Assembly: GCA_002256025.1 (NCBI GenBank)
Contig: NKIB01012964.1
Span: 1 to 64,000, forward strand
Direction of reading: 5' to 3'
DNA: 64,000 bases
Source of the DNA: Asterionella formosa
Taxonomy: Eukaryota
Positions 12,643 through 24,506 of the stretch are shown here, one piece after another (position 1 is the stretch's first letter; each line of letters begins with the position of its first letter). The translations under genes were made by a program, and so were the position numbers. Below the pieces are notes generated by a model that saw nothing but the letters and a program-made list of their open reading frames with translations, had not been told where the DNA came from and searched no databases.

Positions 12643-14898
12643 ATGGCTCAGGCGAACAAGGAGAGAACAAGAGAACAATCATTTTCTGAATGGATGATCG
12701 ATGATAGTGCTGCAGATGATCTAGGATCGCTGGCAGGAGGAATCCTTGAAATTATGCACCAGAACCAGCAACGAACAAGAGAAAGATCACTTTCGATGTC
12801 TATACTGGAAGGTGACTCATGTGCACGGTCATCGTTTACGTTCACGGCTCCCTTGGACGTATCAGGACCATATGCACCTGATAATGGCACAATTACACGA
12901 GACTCCACCTGCGCGGAAGAAACTGTACCATGCCGCTTAGCGTCGACTCGTGCGGGCGGCAAACCTCCAATTCACCAGTCACAATCTGATCCTAACTTGA
13001 TTCTTCCCTGCACCCCACCTCCAAATTTCATCACCCAATCTTCCTCCAGAGACCTCTTCGACGATCTATCGAATGCTGGCAGCATAGTTCAGACAATAAT
13101 GGATGATATTGGAAAGGCTAAAACCAATATTGAAGTGGCAGAAGCCCTCCTCGCCATTGCACCTAGTTATGAGGAAGTTAGGGATGCACTCAGTCTTCAG
13201 GATGTACAGCCTTTCGAAGATGATTCACTAAGTTCAAACTTTACCAGTGAAGGGTTCAGTATTTCTTCACGGTTGTCCATACGGTCAGCCAGCAAGCGTA
13301 CCGGAAGGACTAGAGGGAACTCTTTTTCTAGTATGCCGAAGAGAAAAGGACCAGGGTTGCCTGTGCATTCTTATTCGAGCCCACCATTCTTGCTGCGTAT
13401 TCCGAAGCTTCCCCAAAAGGGTGGTACTTGCACCAAAGACCAGGAGACCAGCAAAGACTTCGAAGTCGACGAGCGTGATAACGATGCTTCCAACAAGTCA
13501 ACGCCGCCGACCATGCTCAGAGTTCAATCGAATATTCCTTTGCAGGCATTTATGGAACAGACATTTACATTAACTCCTCCTGGCCTTCAAAGGTGCATGT
13601 CACATGACCCAACGACCATGAGGACCCCTCAGGATCTGCTGTATACTCCGACATTGACACATATACCTCAAAGAGGAGTCTCACCTGACACTATGAGTGA
13701 ATCACTAGCTTCACACGACAAACCTGATTTGCTGCAACAATCTCCCTATCTTGAATCAAAAACGCTGCTCCAATTGAATCATATGCCTATCTCTGTTAAC
13801 CTTCAAAGTGCACCATCAGAAGAAATCCTATCTCACTATCTCATACGCATTTCTGACCGGGGTGTGCAATCTGATCTTCAGCCTAACGATAAAAAACAGA
13901 CTGTTGTAAGTGTCAACGCTTCTCATGAGCGATTAAAAGAAAAAATGAGCCACGCAGGCTCCGATATCACAGCAACGGTGTTTTGTCGGTCTCGGAATGT
14001 TCGCGACGATCAGTCTCATCAGAAATCCATTCGGTCATCCAAGAGCGGTGGTTCTGGTTCCATGTTGCTGAAGGCTTTGCAAGATCGCAAGTACCAGGGA
14101 GAAAAATCAGGAACGCTAGTCCCCCAAGTTATAACAAAAGGAATTGAAGAACCATTGTTTTTTATGGGCAAGATTGAAATTGAGCTTGCTGCCATCGGTG
14201 AACGATCGCACCAAACTCCTTCTAGATCAGAAAATCAACATTCCAAACAGAAAATTCGAGAAAGAATCAGCCTTGCGGAGAAATTCAATGTACTAGAGAT
14301 GAAACTGCCCCACGAAATGAGCCGTCGGAATAGCCGGCATGACCAGTATTTACAGCATGCCCGACATGGACACCAAAGATCGCACCAAACAACCGATACG
14401 CAAGTCTATGATCATTCCGGAAATGCTCCACCCTCGCGAGGCATGGAACCCGATGCAAGTGATAGACGAGGACGAGAACAGCTTAGAGCGACAATGATTC
14501 TGGCGCAAATGCGTTCAGGAAAACAGCCAAAGCCAACCATAGCAAAACACGAAAATGGCGTTCCCATGATAATTAAATTCGACATTGCAAAGAGCGGACG
14601 AGCGATATCCCCATATGTTGAGAAGGACGATCGCGAGTTGGATCTCAATGCCATGGCTGCTAAGGTGGCTAATTTTGGTCACACTCCAATACGACAGGCG
14701 AAGCAGATCACTCATGGCCGCTATTCAGAGCAAGATATTAGTGAAGGAGGCGCTCCTCGACGATATTCAGAGCAAAAGGTGGCCACATCCGATGGTGTAA
14801 AGCATACTAGGGAAGGAGGCGCTCCTCGACGCTATTCAGAGCATAAGGTCGCTACATCAGATGGTGTACGGCATATTAAAGATGGAGATGCTCCTTGA
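12643..14898 (+). CDS. Hypothetical low-complexity, Ser-rich protein (~750 aa) with a C-terminal 23-aa tandem repeat
   Basis: Long uninterrupted ORF with first ATG at 12643. EGGAPRRYSE(Q/H)KVATSDGV occurs twice. No domain recognised. Confidence 0.75.
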   Translation: MAQANKERTREQSFSEWMIDDSAADDLGSLAGGILEIMHQNQQRTRERSLSMSILEGDSCARSSFTFTAPLDVSGPYAPDNGTITRDSTCAEETVPCRLASTRAGGKPPIHQSQSDPNLILPCTPPPNFITQSSSRDLFDDLSNAGSIVQTIMDDIGKAKTNIEVAEALLAIAPSYEEVRDALSLQDVQPFEDDSLSSNFTSEGFSISSRLSIRSASKRTGRTRGNSFSSMPKRKGPGLPVHSYSSPPFLLRIPKLPQKGGTCTKDQETSKDFEVDERDNDASNKSTPPTMLRVQSNIPLQAFMEQTFTLTPPGLQRCMSHDPTTMRTPQDLLYTPTLTHIPQRGVSPDTMSESLASHDKPDLLQQSPYLESKTLLQLNHMPISVNLQSAPSEEILSHYLIRISDRGVQSDLQPNDKKQTVVSVNASHERLKEKMSHAGSDITATVFCRSRNVRDDQSHQKSIRSSKSGGSGSMLLKALQDRKYQGEKSGTLVPQVITKGIEEPLFFMGKIEIELAAIGERSHQTPSRSENQHSKQKIRERISLAEKFNVLEMKLPHEMSRRNSRHDQYLQHARHGHQRSHQTTDTQVYDHSGNAPPSRGMEPDASDRRGREQLRATMILAQMRSGKQPKPTIAKHENGVPMIIKFDIAKSGRAISPYVEKDDRELDLNAMAAKVANFGHTPIRQAKQITHGRYSEQDISEGGAPRRYSEQKVATSDGVKHTREGGAPRRYSEHKVATSDGVRHIKDGDAP

Positions 14899-15016
14899 AA
14901 TACCACTCTTCGTTAGCTAAGCGATGATGAAAATACATTGAGTAACCCATAACTGTCACTCCAATCTGCAACTATGGCGATTCTATCTTGAAAAGGAGAA
15001 GAACGAAATAAAAAAA

Positions 15017-17086
15017 TCATTTGCTATCAATAAGGAGAGCTACATCTATGCTTCGCTTGCCAATCCATAGAGCTATCCCAGACCGGGATACATCGACTTG
15101 ATCCGTCCATGCCTTCTCCTGTTCGATAGACCAACCAAGCGATGACTTTGGATTCTGGCAAGCTCGTCTTTGCTTCGTAAGATTCAATGCGGTATGATGT
15201 CCTCCTTGCATTGAAACAAGCACTAGCGTCCCGGGTAACATACGTTCCATTAATTCCGTCATCAATCCATTCAGCTCATTGATATCTTTCTCAATTTCGC
15301 TTACCTCGAAATTCGCCCACGCGAACCTAGCACGGCGACTTGAACTCGACAGCCATGCCGACAATGCTTTTCGATTGGGATCCGTAATTGAATCACACGA
15401 TAATGCATGTGCACCATTCTGAAAGTTCGTAACGTATCTGTTGAGCCATTTGCTTGGTCCGATTACAACAATTGGCTCCTTTTCATGCTTCAGTAGGTCA
15501 AGCATGTGAATTCTATCTTCGCTTGATTCAAATATCCGAAAAGAAGGACCATCCAAAGCCCTTCGTACAGCCAACTCCAATGCAGCCAGGGCATCTTCCT
15601 CGCTACAGTGACCATGACTGCCTTGAATCTGACGACCGAGCAAAACTGCTGTCACGTGCCTCAGTGCTTAAAAGGGAACAGTGAGAATCTTTTATTACGT
15701 TTACCGTGGATTAGGAACACAATCACAATATTAAAAAACGTACAGTACTTCCTTCCGTTTGTAGCCCGAAAGATAATCGACGTGTCAACAACATTCTCGT
15801 GTATCATATGCAATGAAAGCAAGTCGTTTTCCAGAGAATGTCCAATCAGAGTATCCTCCTTGTGCAGAATCGTTAATAAGGATGCCTGTACCTGCGCCAA
15901 AGTCGTCGATACTGGGTCTAGCATTTTAGCCGTTATTCCAGAAAATTCTACAATCAGAAGATTAGACACCATGATAACATAAAACAATGGCATGCATCCC
16001 TTTTAACTAACCAGTTATATAGTCCAATACTGGTCGGTGTGGCTTGACAAGTTCGTCCAAAATGACTTGATATGATATCTTGTTGGAAACGCTATCAATG
16101 TCTTGAAGCTCAATTAAAGTAACTCGAGCTAGCTCTTGTCCGACCGACGAAAGCACCATCTCGCAATCCAGTGCAAAAATGCTCGATGGTTCTTGTCCTT
16201 GGAGTGGCACTGTTTGAATGAAAGGGTGATCGTCAAATTCATGTCGACGGCCACTCAGCGGCAGAACGGGAACTTGGCATTGCTCTATGGTTTTCGCTGC
16301 TCGTTCTGGAGAAATGGACTTGGGCAGAGAGAAATTCCCCGTAGTCATGAATGCCAAATCAAACGACTTCGAATCTTCTTCGATCTTCTTCTTGTCGGCC
16401 AGGGGGAAGCCTTCCTTGGAAAGTTGACTGGGCTTCATGGCGAGCGCTTTCAACAATGGGGGCAATGTCTCCAGAGGCGACTTGAGGTCTCGTCCTTTCT
16501 TGTTCTTTTTATTAACTTTTAGCGTCTCCTGAGATCGAGGAATATACATGAGAGTATCCGAAATTGACTGAGCGTTGGGACCTTGGAACCATCTTGTTTC
16601 AACTGGTAGTATCTCGTACTTCTTGTGCTTCTTCTCTAGTAGCTGCGTAAATATTGGGACCTTGGCTAATAATGCTCCCCAGTTCTCGGGACAGGTCTCC
16701 CAATGAATTTCAATCACGACAATACTCGTTGTAGCCACAGGATTGTGCAACGTAGCCCAAGCGGGTATCGGTGCTGTAAGATCTTCTCGCATACGTTTCT
16801 TTGTTTGATTCGTTCGCTGAAGGAGCTGACAAAGAATGGATCGATGATCCACTCCATCTGCCCTCTGATGTGCGCTTCCGTAGGAAAATTTGTTTCTTAA
16901 CCTAATGGAAGGTCCAATCTCGAGTGAGTTGTCGAGTTCCCTCAACTCTTGAACGTCATCCATAGATGTGATGCCACTCGTATCACATCCTTCCTTCGCT
17001 CCCTCGACTCGTTTCCGTAGCTTCTTCAATCTGCCACGCTGCTTCTTGTTCAGCGAAGGAATGCTGTCCTTTGTTTCTGAGATCAT
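15017..17086 (-). CDS. DEDDh RNA exonuclease (REX1/REXO-like), 3 exons
   Basis: Motifs FALDCEMV, GHSLENDL, VVDTS and GHCSEEDA are present. Predicted introns 15948-16011 and 15667-15743 restore the frame (ITEFSG; KYSLRH). Confidence 0.9.
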
Positions 17087-18008
17087 ATCAGTTGACAACG
17101 ATAGAAGGACCGGTAGATATATCGGTATGCAGCACTACAAATACCGGTAGCAACACAATAACCAACGCAGCCTTCTTTAGTTCTAGATGAAGGGGTAATA
17201 ATGTACCCGGTAGGCAATTGTCACAGGCAATTATGATTTACATATTAATGGAAATGCTGCATACTACGGTACATATAGGTTGGAAGGTGAACCGATGTAG
17301 CGGTATACCATGTTAATTTTACCAACTAGTAGTACACTTGTTGTACCAGGTACCTCCTTGCCAAGAATTTATTTTACATGTGAACCGGTATACGGTACAG
17401 GCGAGCACGAGTCACGATCATGACCATGAACTCGACAATAGTCCAATGAATCAAATTGTGCATTCCCCTGTCAAGAAGATAGCTAACGAGACTGATCATT
17501 TACATATAGATGAAAAGAAAATCCATGTCAAAAGAAGTCAAAAGAAGAGAACTCTAGAGGATAGGTTCTCAAAGTGTGATTTTCGGTACCAAGGATGGTA
17601 TTGAAATCAGAGTTTAGCTTAATAAGCTCTAAAGTAAAGTTAAAATAAAAACCAAACAAAGAGAATTGACAGAGTTAAGGTCAAAAGCGAAACAGCAAAA
17701 GTCTAAGAATATTCTATCATATGCAGTAGGAGAGCGAAGATCATAACACAAAGGGGCACACCTGATGCTTTTGGCTATTTGTTGAGTAGATGCACCAGTA
17801 TTAGTTCAGGGCAGCTAATATTCCTAAATTTTGTTTGCTTCTCAAAGATTGTAGTATTGAGGGACTCATCACACCAGTATGTATTGACAGTTTGAAATTT
17901 CATACAGCACCATCATTCAGGGTCTCAGTCTCGACATGAAATCAATACAGATACATGGCTATTAAACCTTCCCTATTGTATGGGTTTTCCTATTACTAGC
18001 TGCGATTA

Positions 18009-19442
18009 TTACTGCATAAAGATCATCTCTCGACTTGCTGGACTTGGAACAATCTTGGTTCGCCAATCTCCTGTAACCACATCTTCTGGGTTCACATTTG
18101 TAATCTTATCCTTGGGCACATATACCAAATTGTCCGTTGCATGGACCATCCAAGGTTCTTGACGGTAATCATTCCCAAAGGGCTTCGGAAGCAACCAATG
18201 AAAACCCACAGTGACACCCTTGCGAGGGACAGGCTTATACTTACCCGATGCCTTGGCCGCAGTCATGCGAGCCGAGACGTACTCTGCCAGCCGGTTGGCC
18301 AAGGCTGTCTTGGCAGGAATAATCGACCAGTGAGATCCTTTGGCAACCATGTCCTTGGCTGCAGCTATAAAGTCCTTGAGTTTTTCAGCCGCAATGGCGT
18401 CGCTGTCGGCTTCGAGCGTGGGAGAAATGCGAAGGTTGGCAAGCCCTTCCGTGAAGGTCTCAAAGTATGCTTCTTGAAGGACATTAATTTGTTCATCAAA
18501 CATATCTCCAAGCTCGGCGTAGAGCTCTTCCTGTAGCTGCTGTCGAATTTGACCAGCGACTGCTCCAGTTGCTTTCGGTAACTCTTGCAACGCCCGTTTG
18601 ACAGCGGCATCGCACAAGGCCCCGAATTCTGCGACAAAGGTCTTCTCTGCCGCTACACTTTTGACTGTATCCAAGGCGGATTCCACGGCCGATCGAGCGG
18701 CAGGTCCAAGCCTACGAGCGGCAGCCAGATCTTTGTGGGAGAGTTTCTGTACCGAAGGAGGAAATACATTTCCAAACTCTACCGTTGCTGCCACACTGGC
18801 AGCAGCATCTTCTGGTGTGCTGCTGCCCCCCAAGGCTCCAAGGACGGCTTCGAAATCCACGGAAGGGGAAATGTACTGCACATCAAATACATCCTGGAGT
18901 GTCTTGATGGAGGATCCTTTCGGTTGTACCAAATTCACTAGTACTGAGGAAGCTGCATCCTCCAGCTGTTTCTTGCACGTTGTTGGGTCTTCACTAATGA
19001 CAAGAAGAGTGCCCTTCGTTCCAGCAGCAAGCAGTTTCTCGATGGCAGGTCCAAGTGTGTCGAACAGCCCCTCACCTCTTGACAAGTCAATGGCATCGGG
19101 GTAAAAGGCGATTCTTCCCTCACATGCCAATACTGTGGACGCAACTTCGGCTGGATTCTTTCCTCCCAAGGCGAGAATAAGACCCGAGTCGGTGCCAAAT
19201 GCAGTCAAAGCCTCATCGTTCACGTCAAAGATCCGTTTCAAAAAATCATTCTTAGCTCTTGCTGTAACTCCTTTGCTGGTAACTAGACAAGTAGTCTTTA
19301 CATTTGTCACTTCTTCTGCTTCGAGGTCGTTAATGACGGACGAGAGTGACATTGGAAGGCGAGCACTTGATGTGCTAATCAACGACGCATCGGCGCCTGC
19401 TGCGAGGAGAACTAGAAGGAGGACTGAAGCGGGGAATCTCAT
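18009..19442 (-). CDS. Secretory-pathway or plastid-targeted hypothetical protein (477 aa)
   Basis: Intact ORF with a hydrophobic signal peptide (MRFPASVLLLVLLAAGADA) and an Ala-rich helical body. The C-terminus HWLLPKPFGNDYRQEPW looks conserved. Confidence 0.8.
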   Translation of the reverse strand: MRFPASVLLLVLLAAGADASLISTSSARLPMSLSSVINDLEAEEVTNVKTTCLVTSKGVTARAKNDFLKRIFDVNDEALTAFGTDSGLILALGGKNPAEVASTVLACEGRIAFYPDAIDLSRGEGLFDTLGPAIEKLLAAGTKGTLLVISEDPTTCKKQLEDAASSVLVNLVQPKGSSIKTLQDVFDVQYISPSVDFEAVLGALGGSSTPEDAAASVAATVEFGNVFPPSVQKLSHKDLAAARRLGPAARSAVESALDTVKSVAAEKTFVAEFGALCDAAVKRALQELPKATGAVAGQIRQQLQEELYAELGDMFDEQINVLQEAYFETFTEGLANLRISPTLEADSDAIAAEKLKDFIAAAKDMVAKGSHWSIIPAKTALANRLAEYVSARMTAAKASGKYKPVPRKGVTVGFHWLLPKPFGNDYRQEPWMVHATDNLVYVPKDKITNVNPEDVVTGDWRTKIVPSPASREMIFMQ

Positions 19443-21317
19443 GGTCGCACACTCGTTTCCGGCTGTGTGATTCTATGATTCTAATATCGATCAATAATAG
19501 ACAGCTATATTGATAATGATTTCGATGTCTGCGACAATATTGATCAGTATGAATATTACACCACAAGGCTCATGTGTTGCACACAATGTAAGCAAGTTGA
19601 ATACCGGTAACAGGTGTGATAGCGAGCGGTAAACTAAACTACCAGTACCAGGTACCAGTACTGAGAACTTGCTTTTTTTTACGCATATGTGCCGGTATGC
19701 CCGGTATTTTTGCATACAATGAACATCAACAGGCCATCCATCACATACCGGTACATACCGGTACTCCTCTGCCACACATACCAGTACATACATGTATGAA
19801 GGCATAATAAATCTAGACCAAGGTACCAGGTGGTGTATATGTACCGGTACGCATGTAGCTAAAATGTATTCATGACATCAACGTAAGAAATGGTGGAATG
19901 ATGTACTGTACGGCACGTTGTTTTCCTACCGGTTTTTGGCATCAACAGAGTTGCTGGGTATGGAACCCGCCAGGTGGAACTGAAGTCGTCGCAGTCCGTA
20001 TGTGGTAAGCAATACAGTGCCAGGCAGGCCGACTACGACCGGTACTTCGCCTCTGTATGATGCATACGGTAGTTTACATCCCGGTAGTAATGGATGTGAT
20101 AGCAAAGCTCGAAGCGAGAAGAAACCCAATGATGCCATAACCCTACATGCTAGCTTTAACGCAAACATCGTGTGTAGAATTTTTTGATTTAGCCTTTTCA
20201 TATCTAAACAACGTACCGGTTAATGTCGAAGTGAACTGAAATGCAACCCACCATCACTATTATTTTTACATCAGTAATGCACTTACATGACCATCACTCT
20301 GGTAAGTACAACACCTTATGTACACATGCACCGGTATACTAATTCCCGGTACCAGGTACCAGGTACTGGTTCCAGGTGAAGTATCAAACTAGAAGTAGTA
20401 TTGGTTGAATATATGCATGAGCTTATTGATAAATCCTTATGTGCAACTTGATCTCCTACATACCGGTAGGTTGACACTAAAGTATTCAAATAGGTGTTAG
20501 TCGAGTTCTCTCCTGATAGAGTTCTGATATATCTATGTAAATGTAACCTTATAGGTATATCTGTAGTTGAGCGAGATCGCTCACCAGGTACCGGTATACA
20601 TGTTCATATGCATAAACAACTACCAGGTACCACCGGTACCAGTACATTGGTTTGCAACACAATGCTTGCTACCATACCAGGTACCAGTTCCCTGTCATTC
20701 ACCAGGTATCAGCAAGTTGCCGAAATTGTGCTGAAACAAAAACTTCGCCTATCTTTATCTGATGTTAAATTGTCCTATTCAGATGATGAACCTTTTTCGC
20801 CAAGTATAAAGACAAGTTTAAGAAAGACTACTACAGTACTACAGCGCTGATCAAAGAATTTAGTGGTGCGTAAGCTACAGGGACCTCCGGGTCCTGATAG
20901 TTAATAATTCCTAAAAACGACCGATTCACTATGACAAAAGGCGCTATCCAAGCGGCCAACGAAGCAAAGAAAGAACAAATCATACATGGGGGACAGAACT
21001 ATGAGAAAAAATTGAATGTGTTTTATAGCCCAATCATACTCCCCTTTTTCTAGGCAAGTATTTCATTGTACTACCTGCCGACAAGACCTGTGCTACCCTA
21101 GTTTTGTTCTTAGCATAGGTGAGTCCCCAACCACCTTTCGCGAAAACTGATTGTCTTAGCAACAGCGTTAGGGGAAACTCCGACCGCCTAGGAAGGCGGC
21201 ACAAGCTGCTTGTATGGGGTACTATGGGGGCAACCCACTATTTCTTGCACACCAGGCAAGACCGTGCCGGACAGTAACAAGTGTGGGAATCAAACCCAAC
21301 AATTGCTTTCCAAAAAA

Positions 21318-21385
21318 GTTGCGGGAATCGAATCTCACAACCTCAGATCAAAGGCAACATGCTAAACCACTAAGCCATTCCCTGG
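21318..21385 (-). other. Degenerate tRNA-like Pol III head (tRNA pseudogene or SINE head)
   Basis: The minus strand has an A-box TGGCTTAGTGG and a B-box-like GATTCGATTCCC, followed by T6. The anticodon arm does not fold. Confidence 0.4.
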
Positions 21386-22754
21386 ACAGAACTTTAAGAT
21401 AGTAATGAAATCTGACAGAAGAGAATGCAGAAAGAGGAAGAGATGTAAAAGCATTCAAAGATTAATGCAGGAGCGGTGAAAAACAGCAATTGCATGGATG
21501 TCGATTTGGCGTTTTACACAAACACTACGCACAGTTGGGGAATTCATGGCAATGGTATCAACACAATGTAATCAGAAAAAGAACCAGGCAAAGACAGCAA
21601 CAAGCCAGAGAAAAGAAAGAAGAAGTTTAACCCCTTTTTCACTAGAGTGAGCGCTATTACAGTGCAAGCAGCAAGAAGAATACAAGAATGGCGATATGCT
21701 ATACATGAACAAGAATAAAGAAGACGATAGAGAAATAAAGAAGTCATGGATGAAGAAATTGCGCCAGAGCTGGACATGCTGCTCAATGCAATAATTTTAG
21801 TGATAAAAAAGACATTGAAGACAAAGACAAAAACAATGAGTTGGAAGCCCTGGAATCACCAATTGTTATGGAGACTTCAAATTGAATCACCAGAAGTGGG
21901 GCCAAAATGGAAATCTTTAACCCAATCCACACTCACCATCCAGTTCTCCAGCTGACACGAAATTTGCAGTCATAGAGAACTGAACCAAGATTTTTTAAAA
22001 CTAGTTCCACACGAGGAAGTGACTACCAACCAAACCTTTCCACCGGCCCACCTTATATGGGCCATAGAGCGCAATGACGGCAACTATAGCAATAGAATAG
22101 TAATAGTGCGCTATAAAAATGATTTATATATATTCAGATGATGATGTTTCGGCACTAAGTGGTTCTGATTCCGATATTTTGGAGATGGTTGAATGGCTGA
22201 AATGTTTTTTGGACGACTAGTGCTCAACATTGGCTGAGTTTAAAGGCGATGTAGATACATAGATTAACTTCAAATAGTATCAGTATATAACTTCTAGCGA
22301 GAAAATGTAGAAAGGAACTTCGGTTTTACAACTATGCCAAATAAAGTGATGTCCCTCAAAACTTCTAGTCTTTATCATAGCATAGTTTAAAAGCCGAACT
22401 TCTGCAGTTTCTTACTAGAATTTATATACTGACGTTATAAAGAGTTTACCTTTGATCAATGACTGTATCTAAGCATATGGAAAGGGTGTGAATTGGTGAA
22501 AGATCAATTTAGTGATATATACATTTACATTTTGCTTGTAAGAAGTGTGTATTTGACTACTCTGACTTAATAATATTTTATTTAACTCTACCTCTAATCT
22601 AAGGTTGAAATGCAGGAACCTTTAGCAAAATGACAGCAACTTGCGGGTACCAGGGTACCAGGTACCATAGGCTTCGTTGTACCATGTGCTTCATGTACAT
22701 GACCAGCCCTAACGGGGTTGGGTGCTGCTCCCTAGCTAACCATAAGGCATCATC

Positions 22755-22790
22755 CCCTGACCCTGACCCGAACCCTGACCCTAACCCTAA
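22755..22790. repeat. Interstitial telomere-like hexamers (CCCTRA)x6, degenerate
   Basis: CCCTGA CCCTGA CCCGAA CCCTGA CCCTAA CCCTAA. Confidence 0.8.
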
Positions 22791-23138
22791 CAGCATAGGG
22801 CCGCATAAAGTCTTGTCAAATAAATTATTTTGAAAACTGCAAAATTACTAAATCGAAGTGATTCCAGTGTTGAAAATGTTGATTTCTAATAAAATTATGA
22901 ATGTTCTATTGCAATGATTATCCTGTTTTCGTATGATCTATTCCTGAATCTAGATTTCCTCCAGAAGCCGAAATGAAAAAAATCCAAGGTTGTTCCTGTT
23001 TGTTTCCCTTTGGGAAGCTGCTGATCCATCTCCATGAATCAATTTCCACTAGTACTATTATGACTTCCACCACCATTGCCACCTCCACTTGTATGACTTC
23101 CACCATTGTCATCATCAGTTCCACTGTTGCCATGATTA

Positions 23139-24506
23139 CTAGCATTCTCCAGTATGCTGGTAACAAATAGGTGTAATTAAAATGTTGACAAAGCCGGCAT
23201 GATTGACTTTTGGTTTAAAAGTCAAGTAGACCTTGCCATCATGAGGGGGTCTATTCACTGTAATCGAGACATGATGAACTGTAGCATGATCCAAATTGCA
23301 TTTTTGTTCTCTTCCACGACTTCTGTGACCTAACTGATAAGGCTTACCATTGATGGTATAATCAAGCTTGTTAAAGTTGTGATGATTGTTTTGCTCATTG
23401 GCATTTTTTATTTCCAAAAAATCGAACTCCACTTTTACTCCTTTTGCATCCTTGGGAAGACCCTTGTAACTCTTGGATGTCATCCTGTCGCCATTCGAGA
23501 TTTCAAGAAATGGAAATGAACCACTGCAAAATAAATGATTCACTTTTCCCACTTTCCAACCGTTTTTATCACCTCTCCTGAAATCATCACCATAGAATTT
23601 AAGATCATTTCTCCATTGATCACAGGTATATCTGGTCTTGGTGGGAGGCACCAATGGAGTTTGGGCTGGAGCTGATGTTGGAGCATCTGTTTTTGAGGCA
23701 CAAGTAATGGGCTTGAATAACGACCAGAGGCAAATTTGACTCTGAATCCATCCTTCATAATAGCTCACTCGAGTGTAGACACTGGGAACATCTATTTTAG
23801 CGCATCCTTCTGCAAAGGACACAATGCCCACTTGAATGTCAGTGGCAGCACTGCTGCTTCCAGCTAGAATGATTGGACCACCAGAGTCCCCTTGACATGA
23901 AGCTTTTCCGGAACTGTAGCCACAGATCATTCCTGCATCGAAAATGGTTCTATAATGATTGTTGCAAGTTGTATAGCTCACGGCATTCACACCTACTTCG
24001 AGCAAAACATTCGAGCTGGTCCCTTCAAATGAGGTGTCACCAAATCCAAAGACAATCTCGGGAGCATCAACTGCAGGCACAGCACTGTTGGTATTCAAAG
24101 TAACAGGGGCGACCTGAGTAATGGCTGTCTTGAGCTTGATAACAAGAACATCGTCCTTGAAAGAAGTAGTACTACTATTGTAACTTGGATGAGGGATGAC
24201 CTTTTCCATGTAGGCCTGGTAGTAGCCAGTAGTGACTGTTTTATCTTCGATGCCCACCCTGACAAAGCTGCTTGCAAGGTTAAAGTTGCCCGCATCATAG
24301 CAATGAGCAGCAGTGAGGATAATATCTTTAGCAACCAATGTACCACCACATGTTGCGCTTTCAGCTCCATTGACGCTATAAAATTGAACTTCAGCAAAGT
24401 ATGGGTATCGTCCTTTGGCGGCTGAATAGCCTCCAACAATGAGTTCTCGAGGGTTAGGAGCGCAAAAGGCGCTTCTCAACCATAGAAAGGTCAACAAGAG
24501 GGGCAT
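23139..24506 (-). CDS. Secreted trypsin-like serine protease (S1A) with a Pro/Thr linker and C-terminal extension
   Basis: Signal peptide, IVGG activation site, and catalytic triad motifs TAAHC, DDVLVIKL and CQGDSGGP. Confidence 0.95.
   Translation of the reverse strand: MPLLLTFLWLRSAFCAPNPRELIVGGYSAAKGRYPYFAEVQFYSVNGAESATCGGTLVAKDIILTAAHCYDAGNFNLASSFVRVGIEDKTVTTGYYQAYMEKVIPHPSYNSSTTSFKDDVLVIKLKTAITQVAPVTLNTNSAVPAVDAPEIVFGFGDTSFEGTSSNVLLEVGVNAVSYTTCNNHYRTIFDAGMICGYSSGKASCQGDSGGPIILAGSSSAATDIQVGIVSFAEGCAKIDVPSVYTRVSYYEGWIQSQICLWSLFKPITCASKTDAPTSAPAQTPLVPPTKTRYTCDQWRNDLKFYGDDFRRGDKNGWKVGKVNHLFCSGSFPFLEISNGDRMTSKSYKGLPKDAKGVKVEFDFLEIKNANEQNNHHNFNKLDYTINGKPYQLGHRSRGREQKCNLDHATVHHVSITVNRPPHDGKVYLTFKPKVNHAGFVNILITPICYQHTGEC

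Noticed and set aside
18598..19104. 168-aa plus-strand ORF, and similar shadow ORFs inside other genes
   Set aside because: These are antisense shadows of well-supported coding sequences.
21318..21385. Functional tRNA gene
   Set aside because: The acceptor and anticodon stems cannot be paired; only the A- and B-box-like motifs remain.
21430..22260. Purine-rich, coding-like plus-strand stretch
   Set aside because: It has many stops and no recognisable motif. It is probably decayed transposon sequence but cannot be assigned.
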